DNA of 64,000 bases from Mobula hypostoma (GCF_963921235.1 NC_086108.1:97714001-97778000), one strand, 5' to 3'. Counted from the first letter of the stretch, positions 1 through 13,505 are shown. The notes: generated by a model from the letters alone, not told the origin. Numbers and translations: made by a program.

Positions 1-2884
1 ATGCAAGGAGCATTTGTAACAAGGTGGATGAATTGAAAGTGCAGATAGTTATTAATGAATATGATATAGTTGGGATCACAGAGACATGGCTCCAGGGTGA
101 CCAAGGATGGAAGCTCAACATTCAGGGATATTCAATATTCATGAGGGATAGACATGAAAGAAAAGGAGGTGGGGTAGCATTGCTGGTTAGAGAGGAGATT
201 AATGCAATAGAAAGGAAGGACATGAGCCTTGAGGATGTGGAATTGATATGGGTAGAGCTGCATAACACTAAGGGGCAGAAAACGCTGGTGGGAGTTGTGT
301 ACAGGCCACCTAACAGTAGTAGTGAGGTTGGGGATGGCATTAAACAGGAAATTAGAAATGCGTGCAATAAAGGAACAGCAGTTATAATGGGTGACTTCAA
401 TCTACATATAGATTGGGTGAACCAAATTGGTAAGGGTGCTGAGGAAGAGGATTTCTTGGAATGTATGCGGGATGGTTTTCTGAACCAACATGTCGAGAAA
501 CCAACCAGAGAGCAGGCCATTCTAGACTGGGTATTGAGCAATAAGGAAGGGTTAGTTAGCAATCTTGTCGTGTGAGGCCCCTTGGGTAAGAGTGACCATA
601 ATATGGTGGAATTCTTCATTAAAGATGGAGAGTGACATAGTTAATTCAGAAACAAAGGTTCTGAACTTAAAGAAGGGTAACTTTGAAAGTATGAGACTTG
701 AATTAGCTAAGATAGACTGGCAAATGACACTTAGAGTGTTGACGGTGGATATGCAATGGCAAGCATTTAAAGATCGCATGGATGAACCACAATAATTGTT
801 CATCCCAGTTTGGTAAAAGAATAAATCAGGGAAGGTAGTGCACCCGTGGCTGACAAGGGAAATTAGGGATAGTATCAATTCCAAACAAGAAACATACAAA
901 TTAGCCAGAGAAAGTGGCTCACCTGAGGACTGGGAGAAATTCAGAGTCCAGCAGAGGAGGACAAAGGGCTTAATTAGGAAAGGGAAAAAAGATTGAGAGA
1001 AAGCTGGCAGGGAACATAAAAACTGACTGTAAAAGCTTTTATAGGTATGTGAAAAGGAAAAGATTGGTTAAGACAAATGTAGGTCCCTTACAGTCAGAAA
1101 CAGGTGAATTGATCATGGGGAACAAGGACATGGCAGACCAATTGAATAACTACTTTGGTTCTGTCCTCACTAAGGAGGACATAAATAATCTTCCAGAAAT
1201 AGTAGGGGATAGAGGGTCCAGTGAGATGGAGGAGCTGAGGGAAATACATGTGAGTAGGGAAGTGGTGTTAGGTAAATTGAAGGGATTAAAAGCAGATAAA
1301 TCCCTAGGGCCAGATGGTCTGCATCCCAGAGTGCTTAAGGAAGTAGCCCAAGAAATAGGATGCATTAGTGATAATTTTTCAAAACTCTTTAGATCCTGGA
1401 TTAGTTCCTGAGGATTGGAGGGTGGCTAATGTAACTCCACTTTTTAAAAAAGGAGGGAGAGATAAACCAGGGAATTATAGACCGGTTAGCCTGACATCGG
1501 TGGTGGGGAAAATGCTAGAGTCAGTTATCAAAGCTGTGATAACAGCACATTTAGAAAGCGGTGAAATTATCGGACTAAGTCAGCATGGATTTGTGAAAGG
1601 AAAATCATGTCTGACGAATCTCATAGAATTTTTTGAGGACGTAACTAGTAGAGTGGATAGGGGAGAACCAGTGGATGTGATATATTTGGATTTTCAAAAG
1701 GCTTTTGACAAGGTCCCACACAGGAGATTAGTGTGCAAACTTAAAGCACATGGTATTGGGGGTAAGGTATTGATGTGGATAGAGAACTGGTTGGCAGACA
1801 GGAAGCAAAGAGTGAGAATAAACAGGACCTTTTCACAATGGCAGGCAGTGACTAGTGGGGTACCGCAAGGCTCAGTGCTGGGACCCCAGTTGTTTACAAG
1901 ATATATTAATGACTTAGACAATGGAATTAAATGCAGCATCTCCCAAGTTTGCGGATGACACGAAGCTGGGCGGCAGTGTTAGCTGTGAGGAGGATGCTAA
2001 GAGGATGCAGGGTGACTTGGATAGGTTAGGTGAGTGGGCAAATTCATGGCAGATGCAATTGAATGTGGATAAGTATGAGGTTATCCACTTTGGTGGCAAG
2101 AACAGGAAAACAAATCATTATCTGAATGGTGGCCGATTAGGAAAAGGGGAGGTGCAACGAGACCTGGGTGTCATTATACACCAGTCATTGAAAGTGGGCA
2201 TGCAGGTACAGCAGGCGGTGAAAAAGGCGAATGGTATGCTGGCATTCATAGCAAGAGGATTCGAGTACAGGAGCAGCTAAGTTCTACTGCAGTTGTACAT
2301 GGCCTTGGTGAGACACACCTGGAGTATTGTGTGCAGTTTTGGTCCCCTAATCTAAGGAAAGACATTCTTGCCATAGAGGGAGTACAAAGAAGGTTCACCA
2401 GATTAATTCCTGGGATGGCAGGACTTTCATATGATGAAAGACTGGATCAACTAGGCTTATACTCTCTGGAATTTAGAAGTTTGGGGGGGGATCTTGTTGA
2501 AACATATAAAATTCTAAAGGGTTTGGACAGGCTAGATGCAAGAAGATTGTTCCCGATGTTGGGGAAGTTCAGAACGAGGGGTCACAGTTTAAGGATAAAG
2601 GGGAAGCCTTTTAGGACTGAGATGAGGAAAAACTTCTTCACACAGAGAATGGTGAATCTGTGGAATTTTCTGCCATAGGAAACAGTTGAGGCCAGTTCAT
2701 TGGCTATATTTAAGAGGGAGTTAGATATGGCCCCTGTGGCTAATGGGATCATGGGTATGGAGAGAAGGCAGGTACAGGGTTCTGAGTTGGATGATCAGCC
2801 ATGATCATACTGAATGGTGGTGCAGGCTCAAAGGGCCGAATGGCCTACTCCTGCACCTATTTTCTATGTTTCTATGTTTCTATT
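1..2884 (+). mobile_element. CR1-clade LINE, ORF2 (APE endonuclease + reverse transcriptase) disrupted by stops/frameshifts; 5' end beyond window start
   Basis: ORF 24-575 has APE motifs (GITETWL, GVVYRPP, MGDFN, ILDWVL). 1368-2280 has RT motifs (NYRPVSLTS, YLDFQKAFDKV, SGVPQGSVLGP, KFADDTKL). CR1 C-terminus LGLYSLE/FFTQR follows, then 3'UTR and a (TTTCTATG)n tail at ~2862-2884. Confidence 0.97.
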
Positions 2885-3639
2885 CCATGTAAACATTTCT
2901 TAAGTGTTGTGAGAGCACCTGGCTTCACTGCCCCTTCAGGCAGTGCATTCTAGATTTCAACAACCCTCAAGGTGAAATAAAATTCTTTCTCAAATCCCTC
3001 TAAATCTTTTGCCCTTTGCCTTGATCCTATGCCCTCTGGTCATATCTAATGCCCTTTGGCTATATATCTGCCATATATGTTATGATACCGACTTTAAGAA
3101 CATAGTGCATTTCCCTCTTCAAAACTCTGTATGAAATTGTGAACATTGAAGTAGATGTGGGTGTATGAATCTTTTTGAATGATGTGCGTCATGTGATCTG
3201 AGTTTTCCTGTACTCTATTGATATATTGCCGATTGCCATTATGCTATCATCTCACACAGCCCTCAGAACAAGTTCCTGGGAACAACACTGCTCATTGGAT
3301 CAACTCTAAAAGAGGTCATTACGTGCTGCGGTGTGATTTGCTGAGTACCAATGGCATTCTGCGATCCCATTGGCTGATTAAAAATAAGCAAAGTCGGTGC
3401 ATATTGCAAGCTGTACAGATATATTTAGTAAGCTGATGAATGGGTAAACTGATAGGTTTGGATGATCTGACTTCTTTTGTTGTTGTTTTGTAATTTATTT
3501 TTGGTAAAAATACATTTTCCATGTCCAAGAGCACCAAATTGTATTAGCACCCTGCATGTAGAGTTAAGCAGGGTGTTAGTGTAGTTTATTGGTGACCATC
3601 TTCATTAAAGTACAAACTTATTAAGTGCAACACCTTCCT

Positions 3640-3930
3640 GTATAGAGGGGAGTGCAGAACCAGAGGGCACAGAATAGAAGGATGTCTCTTTAAAACAGAG
3701 ATGAGGAGGGGTTTCTTTAGATAGAGCATGGTGAATCTATGGAATTCATTACCACAGGTGGCTGTAGAGTGAAGGTTCTCGATTAGTAACGGCATCAAAG
3801 GTTACAGGGAGAAGACAGGAGAATAAGGTTGAGAGAGATGATAAATCAGTCGTGATGGAATGGGGGGAGAAGACCCGATGGGCCGAATGGCCTAAATCTG
3901 CTCCTACATCTTCTGGTCTTATGGTTTTAT
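3640..3930 (+). mobile_element. CR1 LINE 3' fragment
   Basis: Degenerate ORF2 C-terminus and 3'UTR (gatgggccgaatggcctaaatctgctcct, tcttatgg tail), similar to other CR1 copies in the window. Confidence 0.85.
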
Positions 3931-3934
3931 CTTG

Positions 3935-5035
3935 GTTAATAGTTTCATGTGTAGCACCTTGTCGAGGGCCTTCTAAAAATCCAAGTAAACAACCTCCACT
4001 AAATCTCCTTTGTCGATGCTGCCTGTTATTTCCTCAACAATTTCCAACAGGTTTTTCAGGCAAGATTTCTCCTTAAGGAAATCATGCTGACTTCGGCCTA
4101 ATTAATCATGTACCTCCAAGTACCTTCAACCTCTTCCTTACAACAGACTCCAACATCTTTCCAACAATAAAGTCAGGCTAACTAACCTATAATTTCCTTT
4201 CTTTTGCCTCCGTCCCTTCTTAAAAAGTGGAATGACATTTGCAATTTTGCAGTCCTCCAGAACCATTCCAGAATCTAGTGATTCTTGAAAGATCATTACT
4301 AATGCATCCACCATCTCTTCAGCTATGTCTTTCAGAACCCTGATGTGTAGTTCGTCTGCTCCAGGGGACTTATCTACCTTCAAACCTTTCCATGTACTTT
4401 CCCCTTGGTAATAGCTATTACATTCATTTTTGCCTCTCCTGCGCACCCCCCCCCCGAAACTCTCTAATTTCTTCCACCATATTGCTGGTGTCTTCCATAG
4501 TGAAGACTGACACGAAATACTTATTAAGCTTCTTCGCCATTTGTTTGTCTCCCATTACTACTTCTCCAGCGTCATTTCCAGCAGTCTGATATCCACTCTT
4601 GCCTCTCGTTTACTCTTCATATATCTGAAAAAACTTTATGTATCCGCTTTCATATTATTGGTTAGCTTACCTTCATATTTCATCTTTTCTCCCTTTATGG
4701 CTTTTTAGTAGTCTTCTGTTGCTTTTTAAAAGCTTCCCAATCCTCTGGCTCCCCATTAATTTTTGTTGTATTATATGCCCTCTCCTTTGCTTTTATGCTG
4801 TACTTGACTTCCTTGTCAGCCATGGTTACCTCATCCTCCCTTTGGAATACTTCTTCATCTTTGAGATTTATCTATCCTGTGTCCTCTGAATTGCCCCAGA
4901 AACTCCACCCAATGCTGTTCTATTATAATTTCTGCTACATTCACTTCTAATCAACTTTGGCCATCTCCTCTGTATTTCCCTTTACTCCACTGTAATACGG
5001 ATACATCTGACTTTAGTTTCTCACTCTCAAACTGC
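3935..5035 (-). mobile_element. CR1 LINE internal fragment (RT N-terminal region)
   Basis: Minus-strand ORF 4138-4446: KGLKVDKSPGADELHIRVLK...ANVIPLFKKGRRQKKGNYRLVSLT. Confidence 0.9.
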
Positions 5036-5044
5036 TTCATATTT

Positions 5045-6745
5045 AATCTTTCTAATGCCTTCTATGCTCACTTTGACCGTCATAACATGGAGGAACCATC
5101 ACAAACTCCCACAGCCCCCAGTGGTCCTATGATCTCAGTCTCTGAGGCCGTCTCTCAGGAGGATGAACCCATGAAAAGCATCCAGCCCAGACAGGGTACC
5201 TGGTCGGATACTAAAGACCTGTGCCAATCTACTGACTAGAGTGTTCACCTCTCACTTCGGCAGTATGTGGTACCCACCTGTTTCAATCAGGCTTCAATTG
5301 TACTGGTGCCCAAAAAGAACGTGGTGACCTGCCCCAATGACAATCGTCTGGTCGCACATCCACGATTTAGATCCACTCCAATTTGCCTACTGGAGCAACA
5401 GGTCTACAGCAGGTGCTCATTGGCTTGTCACTCAACCCTAGAACACTTGAAGAGGGAAGATGCATATATCAAGATGCTCTTTATTGACTACAGTTCAGTA
5501 TTCATTACCATCGTCTGCTCAAAACTAATCAATTAGCTCCTAGATCTTGGCTTCAATACCTCTTTGTGCAATTGGATCCTTGATTTCTTCACTTGCAGAA
5601 TCCAGTCAGATCAAGTTGGCAGCAACATCTCCTCCATGACCTCCATCAGAACAAGTGCAACACAAGGCTGGGTGCTTAGCCCCTTGCTCTATGTGCTTGA
5701 AACTTATGACTGTGTGGCTATCACATCTCCAATGCCATATTTAAGTTTGCTGACGACACCACTATCGAAAGCCAAATTAAAGCTGATGATTATAAGAGCT
5801 TTTAGGAGTGAGACTGAAAATCTGGCTGAGTGGTGCCAAAACAACAACCTCTTACTCAACGTCAAGGAGACCAAGAAGCTGATTGTTGACTTCAAAAGAA
5901 GGGAACCAGAGTTCCATGAGGCAGTCCTCAACATAGGTGGCAAGGGTCAGCAACTTTAAATTCCTTGGTGTTACTATTTCAGAGGACCTGTCCTGGGCCC
6001 ATCACGTAAGTGCAATTATGAAACAAGCACGGCAGCACCTCTACTTCTTTAGATGTTTGTGAAGATACGGCATATATCTAAAACTTTTATAAATTTCTAA
6101 GGATACGTAGTAGAGAGTATATTGACTGGCTGCATCACAGCCTGGTATGGAAACATCAATGCCCTTGAATGGAAAATCCTACATAAAGTAATGGATGCGG
6201 TCCAGTCCATCACGATTAAAGCCCTCCCCACCATTGAACACATCTACATGAAGAGCATCCAGGAGGTCATGAAACACTGTCGCAGGAAAGCAGCATCCAT
6301 CATCAGGGACGCTCACCACCCAGGACATGCTATCTTCTCGCTGCTGCCATCAGGAGGAAGGTACAAGGACTTCAGGACCCATACCACCAGGTTCAGGAAC
6401 AGTTATTACCCCTCAACTATCAGGTTCTTTGACCAGAAGGGATAACTTCACTCGACTTCACTCACCCCAGCACCGAACTATTCCCATAACCTATGAACTG
6501 ATTTTCAAGGATTCTTCATCTCAAGTGTTTGATAGTTGTTGCTTATTTATCTATAATTGTTTTTTTCTTTTTGTACTTGCAGTTTGTTGTCTTTTGCACA
6601 TTGGTTGTTTGTCCATGCTGTTGGGTGCAGTCTTTCATTGATTCTATTGTGTTTCTTGCATGTACATTGGATGTCCACAAGAAAATTAATCTCATGGTTG
6701 TATATGGTGACATATATATACTTTGATGATAAATTTACTTTGATC
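5045..6745 (+). mobile_element. Rex1/Babar-like LINE, 5'-truncated, degenerate
   Basis: Fragments MLFIDYSSVF, CNWILDFFTCRIQ, ATQGWVLSPLLY, WCQNNNLLLNVKETKKLIVDF, LLPSGGRY...RFRNSYYP. 3' tail gataaatttactttg. Confidence 0.92.
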
Positions 6746-6749
6746 TCTG

Positions 6750-8115
6750 AACTTATAGGCCAGTTAGCTTGATTTCGGTGGTTAGGAAAATATTGAAGAC
6801 CATTATCAAGAATGAGATTTTGGGGTACTTGAAAGCACATGATAAAATAGGCCATAGTCAGCATGGTTTCCTTCAGGGGAAATCTTGTTTGACAAATCTA
6901 TTGGAATTTGTTGAGGAAATAACAGACAAGGAGAATCAGCAGATGCTGTTTATTTTGATTTTCAGAAGGCCTTTGACAAGATGCCGTACATAAGGCTGCT
7001 TAACAAGATAAGATCCCATGATATTACAGGAATGATCCCAGCATGGATAGAAGATTGGCTGACTGGCTGGAGGTAAAGAGTCGGAATAATGATGACCTAT
7101 TCTGGTGACTAGTGGTGCTCCGCAGCGGTTGGTATTGGGACCACTTCTTTTTATGTTATATGTCAACGATTTGGATGATAGAATCAACGGCTTGTGCCCA
7201 AGTTTGCGGACAATACAAAGATAGGCATAGGGGCAGGCAGTGTTGAGGAAGCAGGGAGTCTGCAGAAGGACAGACAGATCAGTGGAATGGGCAAAGACGT
7301 GGCAGATAGAACATGCTATTGGGACGTATATGGTCATGCACATTGGTCGGAGGGATAAAAGAATGGAGTATTTTCTAAACGGAGAAAATTCCAAAATCAG
7401 AGGTGCAAGGGGACCTTTAAGGAGTCCTTGTGCAGGATTCCTTAAAGGTCAACTTTCAGGTTGAGTCAGTGGTAAGGAAGGCAAATACAATGTGTTAGCA
7501 TTTATTTTGAAAGGACCAGAATGTAACAGCAAGGATGTGATGCTGAGGCTTTATAAGGCATTGGTCAGATTGTACTTGCAGTATTGTGAGCAGTTTTATG
7601 CCTCTTATCTAAGCAAAGATGTGCTGACATTGGAGAGAGTCCAGAGGAGGTTCATGAGAATGATCCCAGAAATGAAAGGGTTAATGTATGGGACACGTTT
7701 GATGGCTCTAAGCCTGTACTTGCCGGAGTTTAGAAGAATGAGGAGAGATTTCATTGAAACCTATTGAATATTGGAAGGCTTAGACGGAGTGGATGTGGAG
7801 AGAGTGTTTCCTATGGCAGGGAGTCTAGGACCAGAGGGCACACCTTCTGAATGGTGGGATATCCATTTAGAACAGAAATGAGGAGGAATTTCATTAGCCA
7901 GAGGGTGGTGAATCTGTGGAATTCATGTGAAGGGCAAGCATTTGAGTATATTTAAATTGGAGGTTGATAAGTTCTTGATTAGTCAGGGCATCACAGGTTA
8001 CAGAGAGAAGGCAGGAGACTGGGGTTGAGAGGGATAACAAATCAGCCATGATGGAATGGCTGAGCAGACTTGATAGTCCGTGTGGCCTAGTTCTGCTCTA
8101 CGGCTTATAGTCTTA
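6750..8115 (+). mobile_element. CR1 LINE, RT to 3' end, degenerate
   Basis: SQHGFLQGKSCLTNLLEF, LRLYKALVRLYLQYC, ERVQRRFMRMIP; CR1 3'UTR. Confidence 0.92.
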
Positions 8116-8159
8116 TTCAACCACTAGTAATGGTCAATAGAACAATACATCAGCAATTT

Positions 8160-8412
8160 AGGGATGGTATGGTAACACATTAGTTAACGTGTTTATATTA
8201 TAATGTCAGGATTCAGTTTCAAATCCTGTTGCTGTCTATATAGAGCTTGTACATTCTCCCTATGACTGCATGGGTTTCCTCCCTGGAGTCTGGTTTTCTC
8301 CCACATTCCTAACACGTATGGATTAGTCGGCTAATAGATTACAGAGGTAGCACAGGCTCACTGGGCCGGAAGGTCCTGTAACCGTGCTGTATCTCTGAAC
8401 AAATAAGATAAA
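8160..8412 (+). mobile_element. tRNA-derived SINE (V-SINE-like)
   Basis: Degenerate B box (gtttcaaatcc), V-domain-like tgggtttcctcc...ggttttctcccaca, CR1-like 3' end (gggccggaaggtcctgtaaccgtgctgtatctct) and A-rich tail. Confidence 0.75.
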
Positions 8413-8809
8413 TTACTGGATAAAGAGGCAGATGGATTGAGTGTTTCCCACTCTGTTTTCCATATTCTGTTCTGTAGGGCAGACAAGGAGATAAGAGTTG
8501 AAATAACTGAACATATTTTATTCACTTTGGTGACAGTAAATACTTTCTAATGATTGGAGCGCCAGAGGACATGGATTCACACTTCCCACACACCTGCTTG
8601 CTGTGCAAAATGGATTGATCCCGTCCTAAAGTCAAAAGAATTTAATAGTTATTTAGCAATTATTATCACAGCTTTAAAAGTATGCAAATGTTACCTTCTA
8701 AGAATTTGTCAACTATTAATTTAGTGTTCCACATTAATAAATTGCTGTTAGTTCTGTGAATTTCCTTTCCACTTGCAAACAAAATCCACTTGTTCTTTCT
8801 TGTGTAGAT

Positions 8810-9230
8810 ATTAGACCATAAGATATAGGAGCAGAATTGGGCCATTCAGCCCATCGAGTCTGCTCCACCATTCCATCATGGCCGATTTGTATTCCCTCTC
8901 AACCCCATTCTCCAACCTTCTCCCCATAACTTTTAATGTCCTTACTAATCAAGAACCTAGCAATCTCAGCTTTAAATGTACCCAATGACCTGGCTTCCAC
9001 AGCCATCTGTGGCAATTGATTCCACAGATTCACCACCCTTACCACCCTAAATGAATTCCTCCTCATCTCTGTTCTAAAGGGACACACTTATATCTGAGTT
9101 CCTCTGGTCCTAGACTCCCCCACTATAGGAAACATCCCCTCCATGTGCACTTTACCTAGGCCTTTCAATATTTGATAGGTCTCAATAAGATGCACCATCA
9201 TTCTTCTGAGCAAGTACAAGCCCAGAGTAT
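8810..9230 (-). mobile_element. CR1 LINE 3' fragment
   Basis: Minus ORF PFRTEMRRNSF...VVNLWNQLP. Reverse-complement of CR1 3'UTR (ccataagatataggagcagaattgggccattc). Confidence 0.9.
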
Positions 9231-9434
9231 CATTCTATGTATCGTTGTCCAAGAGTGTCACTAACAGCAGAAAAGTGAGCCTTTGGTAATTATACATGTA
9301 TTCAACAGGATAAGACTGACATTCTTCTCTGACAGCTAGTGCCTGTGGAAAGTATAAGGAGCCAAAAGCTATACTGAGCCAAGGAGTCAGTATGAAATTG
9401 GGGATTGATCAGTTCTATGCCCATTCTTTATGGT

Positions 9435-10150
9435 GGGAGTTCACATCACAGACAACCTCACCTAGACCATTGACATCACCTCCCTGAGTAAGAAGGCACA
9501 ATAGCGCCTCAACTTCCTGAGGAGACTGAGGCATGAAGCTGCCCTCCCCCCACCCCCACCCCATCTTAACTGGATTTTCCAGGAACACCGCAGAGAGCAT
9601 CCTGACAAGTTGCACCTCCATCTGGTAAGGGAGCAGCAGAGCATTGGACCAGAAGTCCCTACAAAGGACAGTGAGAATGGCTGAGAGGATCATAGGGGTC
9701 TCCCTACCATCCATCAGGGACATTTATCAGGCGCGCTGTGTACACAGAGCCCTTAATATTATCAAGGATCCCACCCATCGATCCAGCATCCTCTTTGACT
9801 TTCTACCATCAGGCAAGAGACCCTGATGTATTAAGACAAGAACGGTCAGGATGGGAAAACAGCTTCTTCCTTCAGGCCGTTAGGCTTCTGAACTCCCTGC
9901 CACATCACATTCGAAATGTCACCAGATAACTTGTACAGTACCCTACAATATTTAGTTTATGCACTTTACTTTGTTTATTTATATGTAATTCATTTCTAGA
10001 TTTAATTCTTACTTTCCTAAGTTATTGTCTGTTATATGTGCGTTATATGTACTACTGTGCTTTTACATTCTGGTCCAGAGAAACATTGTCTTATTTGACA
10101 GTATACATGTATATAGTTAAATGACAATAAACTTGACTCGACTCGTCTTG
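9435..10150 (+). mobile_element. Rex1/Babar-like LINE 3' fragment
   Basis: DQKSLQRTVRMAERIIGVSLPSIRDIYQARC...LPSGKR; NSFFLQAVRLLNS; tail aataaacttgactcgactc. Confidence 0.9.
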
Positions 10151-10344
10151 AATCAGGTCTTCCAATTAACATATTGTATCCTTGAGAGAAGTACTTGTAA
10201 TTATTGTGCATTGCAAATTGTCCAAAATGCATTGAAAGCTTTTTGATCATCCCTAGCACCTTAAATTTAGGAGTCAGTTTTGTGATTACAATCATTATTA
10301 CAATTAGTATCATGATGCTAACTGTAATATAATAACATAAGAAC

Positions 10345-11625
10345 ACAAGCAAGTAGTAGCTGGAGTTTGCTACTTGATCTATAAAGCCTTCCCCCCTCAT
10401 TCAGTGAGATCCTGGCTGTTCTGTTCTTGACGATATCTCCTCCTGTGTGCCAATTCCCAACGGCCCTCAATTTACCGACTGTTTCAAAAATGGATCCATA
10501 GTCGATAAGATATAGGAGCAGAATTAGGGCATTTGGCCCATCGAGTCTGTTCCGCCATTTCATCATGGCTGATCCATTTTCCCTCTCAGCCCCAGTCTCC
10601 TTCCTCCTCCTCATATCCCTTCACGCCCTGACTAATCAAGAATCTATCAACTTCTGCCTTAAATACACTGATTCGCTATTCCTTGCTAAAGAAATTTCTC
10701 CTCATATCCATTCTAAGTCAATGTCCCTCTATTCTGAGGCTGTATCCTCTGGTCTTAGACTCCCCCACCACAGGAAACATCCTCTGCAAATCTACACTGT
10801 CAAGGCCTTTCAATATTCGATAGGCTTCAATGAAATACCCCCTCATTCTTCTGAATTCCAGTGAGTACAGGAGCCATCAAACACTCCTCTTATGATAGAC
10901 CTTCCAATTCCGAAATCACTTTGATGAACCTCCTTTGAACCCTCTCCAATACAAACACATCCTTTCTGAGATAATAGGCCTCCAAATGAGGCTGCACTAG
11001 TGCCTTATAAGGTTCCATGTCCTCTTGAAATACCATAAGACATAGGAGAAAATTAGGCCATTCAGCCCATCAACTCTGCTCTGTCATTCCATTATGGCTA
11101 ATTTATTGTCCATCAAATGTTCCTCATATGTTAACCCTCTCATCCCCTGGATCATTCTCATGAGCCTCTTCTGGACCTTCTCCAATGCCAACACATCCTT
11201 TCTTAGAAAAAGGACCCAAAACTGCTCACAAAGCATCAAGTGTGGCCTGACCAATCTCAGCAGTAAATCCTTGTTTGTATATTCTAATCCTCTCAAAGTG
11301 AATGCTAACATTGCATTTGCCTTCCTTAGCATCGACTCAAGATGCAAGTTAACCTTCAGGAAACCCTGCACAGAATTCCCAAGTCCCTTTGCACCCCTGA
11401 TTTCTGAATTTCCACCCCATTTAGAAAATAGTTGATGCCTTTATTCCTTCTGTGGTGCATAACCATACAATTCCCTGCATTGTATTCCATCTTCCAATTC
11501 TTTTGCCATTCTCCCAATCTGTCTAGGTCCTTCTGCACATTCCCGCTTCCTCTATATCCTGATGATCAAGCCTCTTCAACTCTCTGGGCTGGAGAATCCC
11601 AGAGATTCATCACATTTTGGTGACC
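10345..11625 (-). mobile_element. Cluster of nested CR1 fragments (old CR1 split by younger copies at ~10505-11030 and ~11033-11545)
   Basis: Three CR1 3' ends on the minus strand. Minus ORFs KANAMLAFTLRGLEY...LEKVQKRL and QKDLDRLGEW. Confidence 0.85.
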
Positions 11626-12059
11626 AATGATGCTGCTTAGATCATAGTTTGTGGAAATCCACATCATTCTTTACATAAAAAGAAATTTGATTTGTCAAAA
11701 CAGAAATGTTCACATGATAAATTTGCAGAGATGAAAACTATGTTCACACTAAATCATCTATGAATCTTTCAGTTCAGAAAACTGAGAGTAATTATCATAC
11801 AGGGCAGCCAACGCAAAGTACCTCACGTTCAAAAATTCTGCTCACAGCTTTGTTCAACTAATATCATCCAAGCATCAATACGGTGAACATTCCTGCTTTT
11901 TCTGGGTGCTGATTCAAAGGACAATAACCGGTTCTGCCCCCCCGCCCCTCGCACCCCGACATGGAGACCTGAAGACTGCCCAAAGTCGGCCCACCGTCGA
12001 CAGCCAGCACCTGCCAAGTCAACCCCCAGACTCAGCTTGTCGTCAAGCTGAACCGCTCC

Positions 12060-12760
12060 CCCCCAGCATCCACCGATCCGGGGAGCAAGGGGTAAACCGC
12101 CAGTCGATCTGCAGTACCTGGCTTACACAGAAAATAATGGGCGTTGTCAACTGAGTGTATTCCCAATGGACCTTGCAAAGCAGACACCACGCAGGCAACT
12201 ATCACAGTCTAGCTGGTGCAGTATGTCATTGGTTGTACCCATGTGCCACTGAAGGTCCTCTATGATAATTACTCTCAATTTTCTAAGCCAGAAGGGTTCC
12301 ATTCAATTAGTGTGCAGCCGGTACGTGGTGCCAATTCGCACAGTTTGGCTTATCATGTCTACTATCCAAGACGCTGCCAGGACTTATCCCTGGATTGCTG
12401 AGCCAATATAGTGCATCATGTCGGCTGACTGTATACCAGGGCTAATCTTCTGTAGCCCTGGCTGATGGCACCTCTTGCAGCATTCACACCCAGCAGGGGA
12501 CAGGAGATATCAAGAAGCCCTTGGAACAACTCTGATTGTTACTGGAGCACCGAAGCCTGGTCCCAGGCACGGTGGCAGATGTGGTGGAGCCCTGCAATAT
12601 GGCCTGGCAAGGGTCTCCGGCATAATTGCGGCCTGTGCGTGGTTGACAATTGGAAAAGGGGATGGATGAGGATGATAAAGAGGAAGGAGGAACCGGTCCA
12701 ACATTGCCCGAGGTTGCTCAGAAGCTCAACGATTCGCGAGGATCCAGCTCCAGGAAAGAA
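12060..12760 (+). mobile_element. Decayed PIF/Harbinger (HARBI1-like, DDE_Tnp_4) transposase fossil
   Basis: Colinear motifs across frameshifts: FPMDLAKQ; VQYVIGCTHVPLK (cf. VQGAIDCTHV); EGFHSISVQPV (cf. KGFHSINVQLV); YPRRCQD (cf. YPGSxHD); L*PWLMAPL (cf. GYPLQPWLMTP); RRYQEAL; GGALQYGLARVSGIIAACAWL (cf. GGALQYSPxRVSxIIVACCVLHN); acidic tail. Confidence 0.85.
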
Positions 12761-13082
12761 GCGAGGAAATTATCACCAAATGTTTTTGGAGGCCTCAATA
12801 AAATGCTGCAGGGAGTAGGGTTGTCAGCGCGGGTGGATGGGGGGTGGGAGGAGGGAGGGAGGTTTGGGGGCAGGGGAGAAACTAGATCTGCCCAATACAC
12901 CCTTCAACCATGATACTACTGGGTTTCTTTGGGCTGGGAAAGGGGTTATGAGTTATGGCCTCTGCCAGATTGGAAGTAATTGCATGCAAAAAGTGCTAAC
13001 TCCACCAATCCCAGCACACTGTAGAAGTTTAGGTGCCTCATAATACTAGGCTAGAAGGAAACAAAAGCACTAGTAAAATCTG

Positions 13083-13505
13083 ATCCCAATGGGAAAGTTA
13101 GATCCATGGGAATGGCTGCCCTTTGATAGTGAAAACAGTCCTAATGGGAATAGCTACCACTCTATAGAAAAATCCTTTCCTTTCGGAATGGCTGTACACC
13201 TAGTGGGAAAAGCAGTTTCATTGGGAACAGCTATCCCTTGATAGAAATAGCAATCCCAATGGGAACAGCCCTCCCCACAGGTCCACTAGAAAGGCAGATG
13301 TAATGGGAAGAGACATCCCTACACATCCATGGGAAAGGCAGATCCAATGTGAACAGACATTGAGAATGGCTTTCCATTGGTTACAGCCACCCTTCAACAG
13401 GATAAACAATGTCTATAGTAACAACTGCCCACTCCCCCACTGGGAAAGGTGATTCCTCTGGGAACAGCTACACTCCCATTGGGAAACGTGCTCCAATAGG
13501 AATAG
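13083..13505 (+). repeat. Degenerate minisatellite-like array with CC(A/T)(A/T)TGGGAA core
   Basis: TGGGAA at 13090, 13107, 13145, 13204, 13222, 13260, 13304, 13330, 13441, 13459, 13480, all on the + strand. Spacing is often 17-21 or ~38 bp. Confidence 0.75.

Noticed and set aside
3180..3440. CCAAT/ACGTG motifs and a ccaatgg...ccattgg inverted pair as a promoter
   Set aside because: Short motifs expected by chance; no CpG island or downstream gene evidence.
3935..8115. Single CR1 with 5' inversion
   Set aside because: The minus and plus fragments overlap in the same RT region, so they are separate copies.
13083..13505. CRISPR-like array
   Set aside because: The conserved core is only ~6-10 bp, spacing is irregular, the context is eukaryotic, and there are no cas genes.
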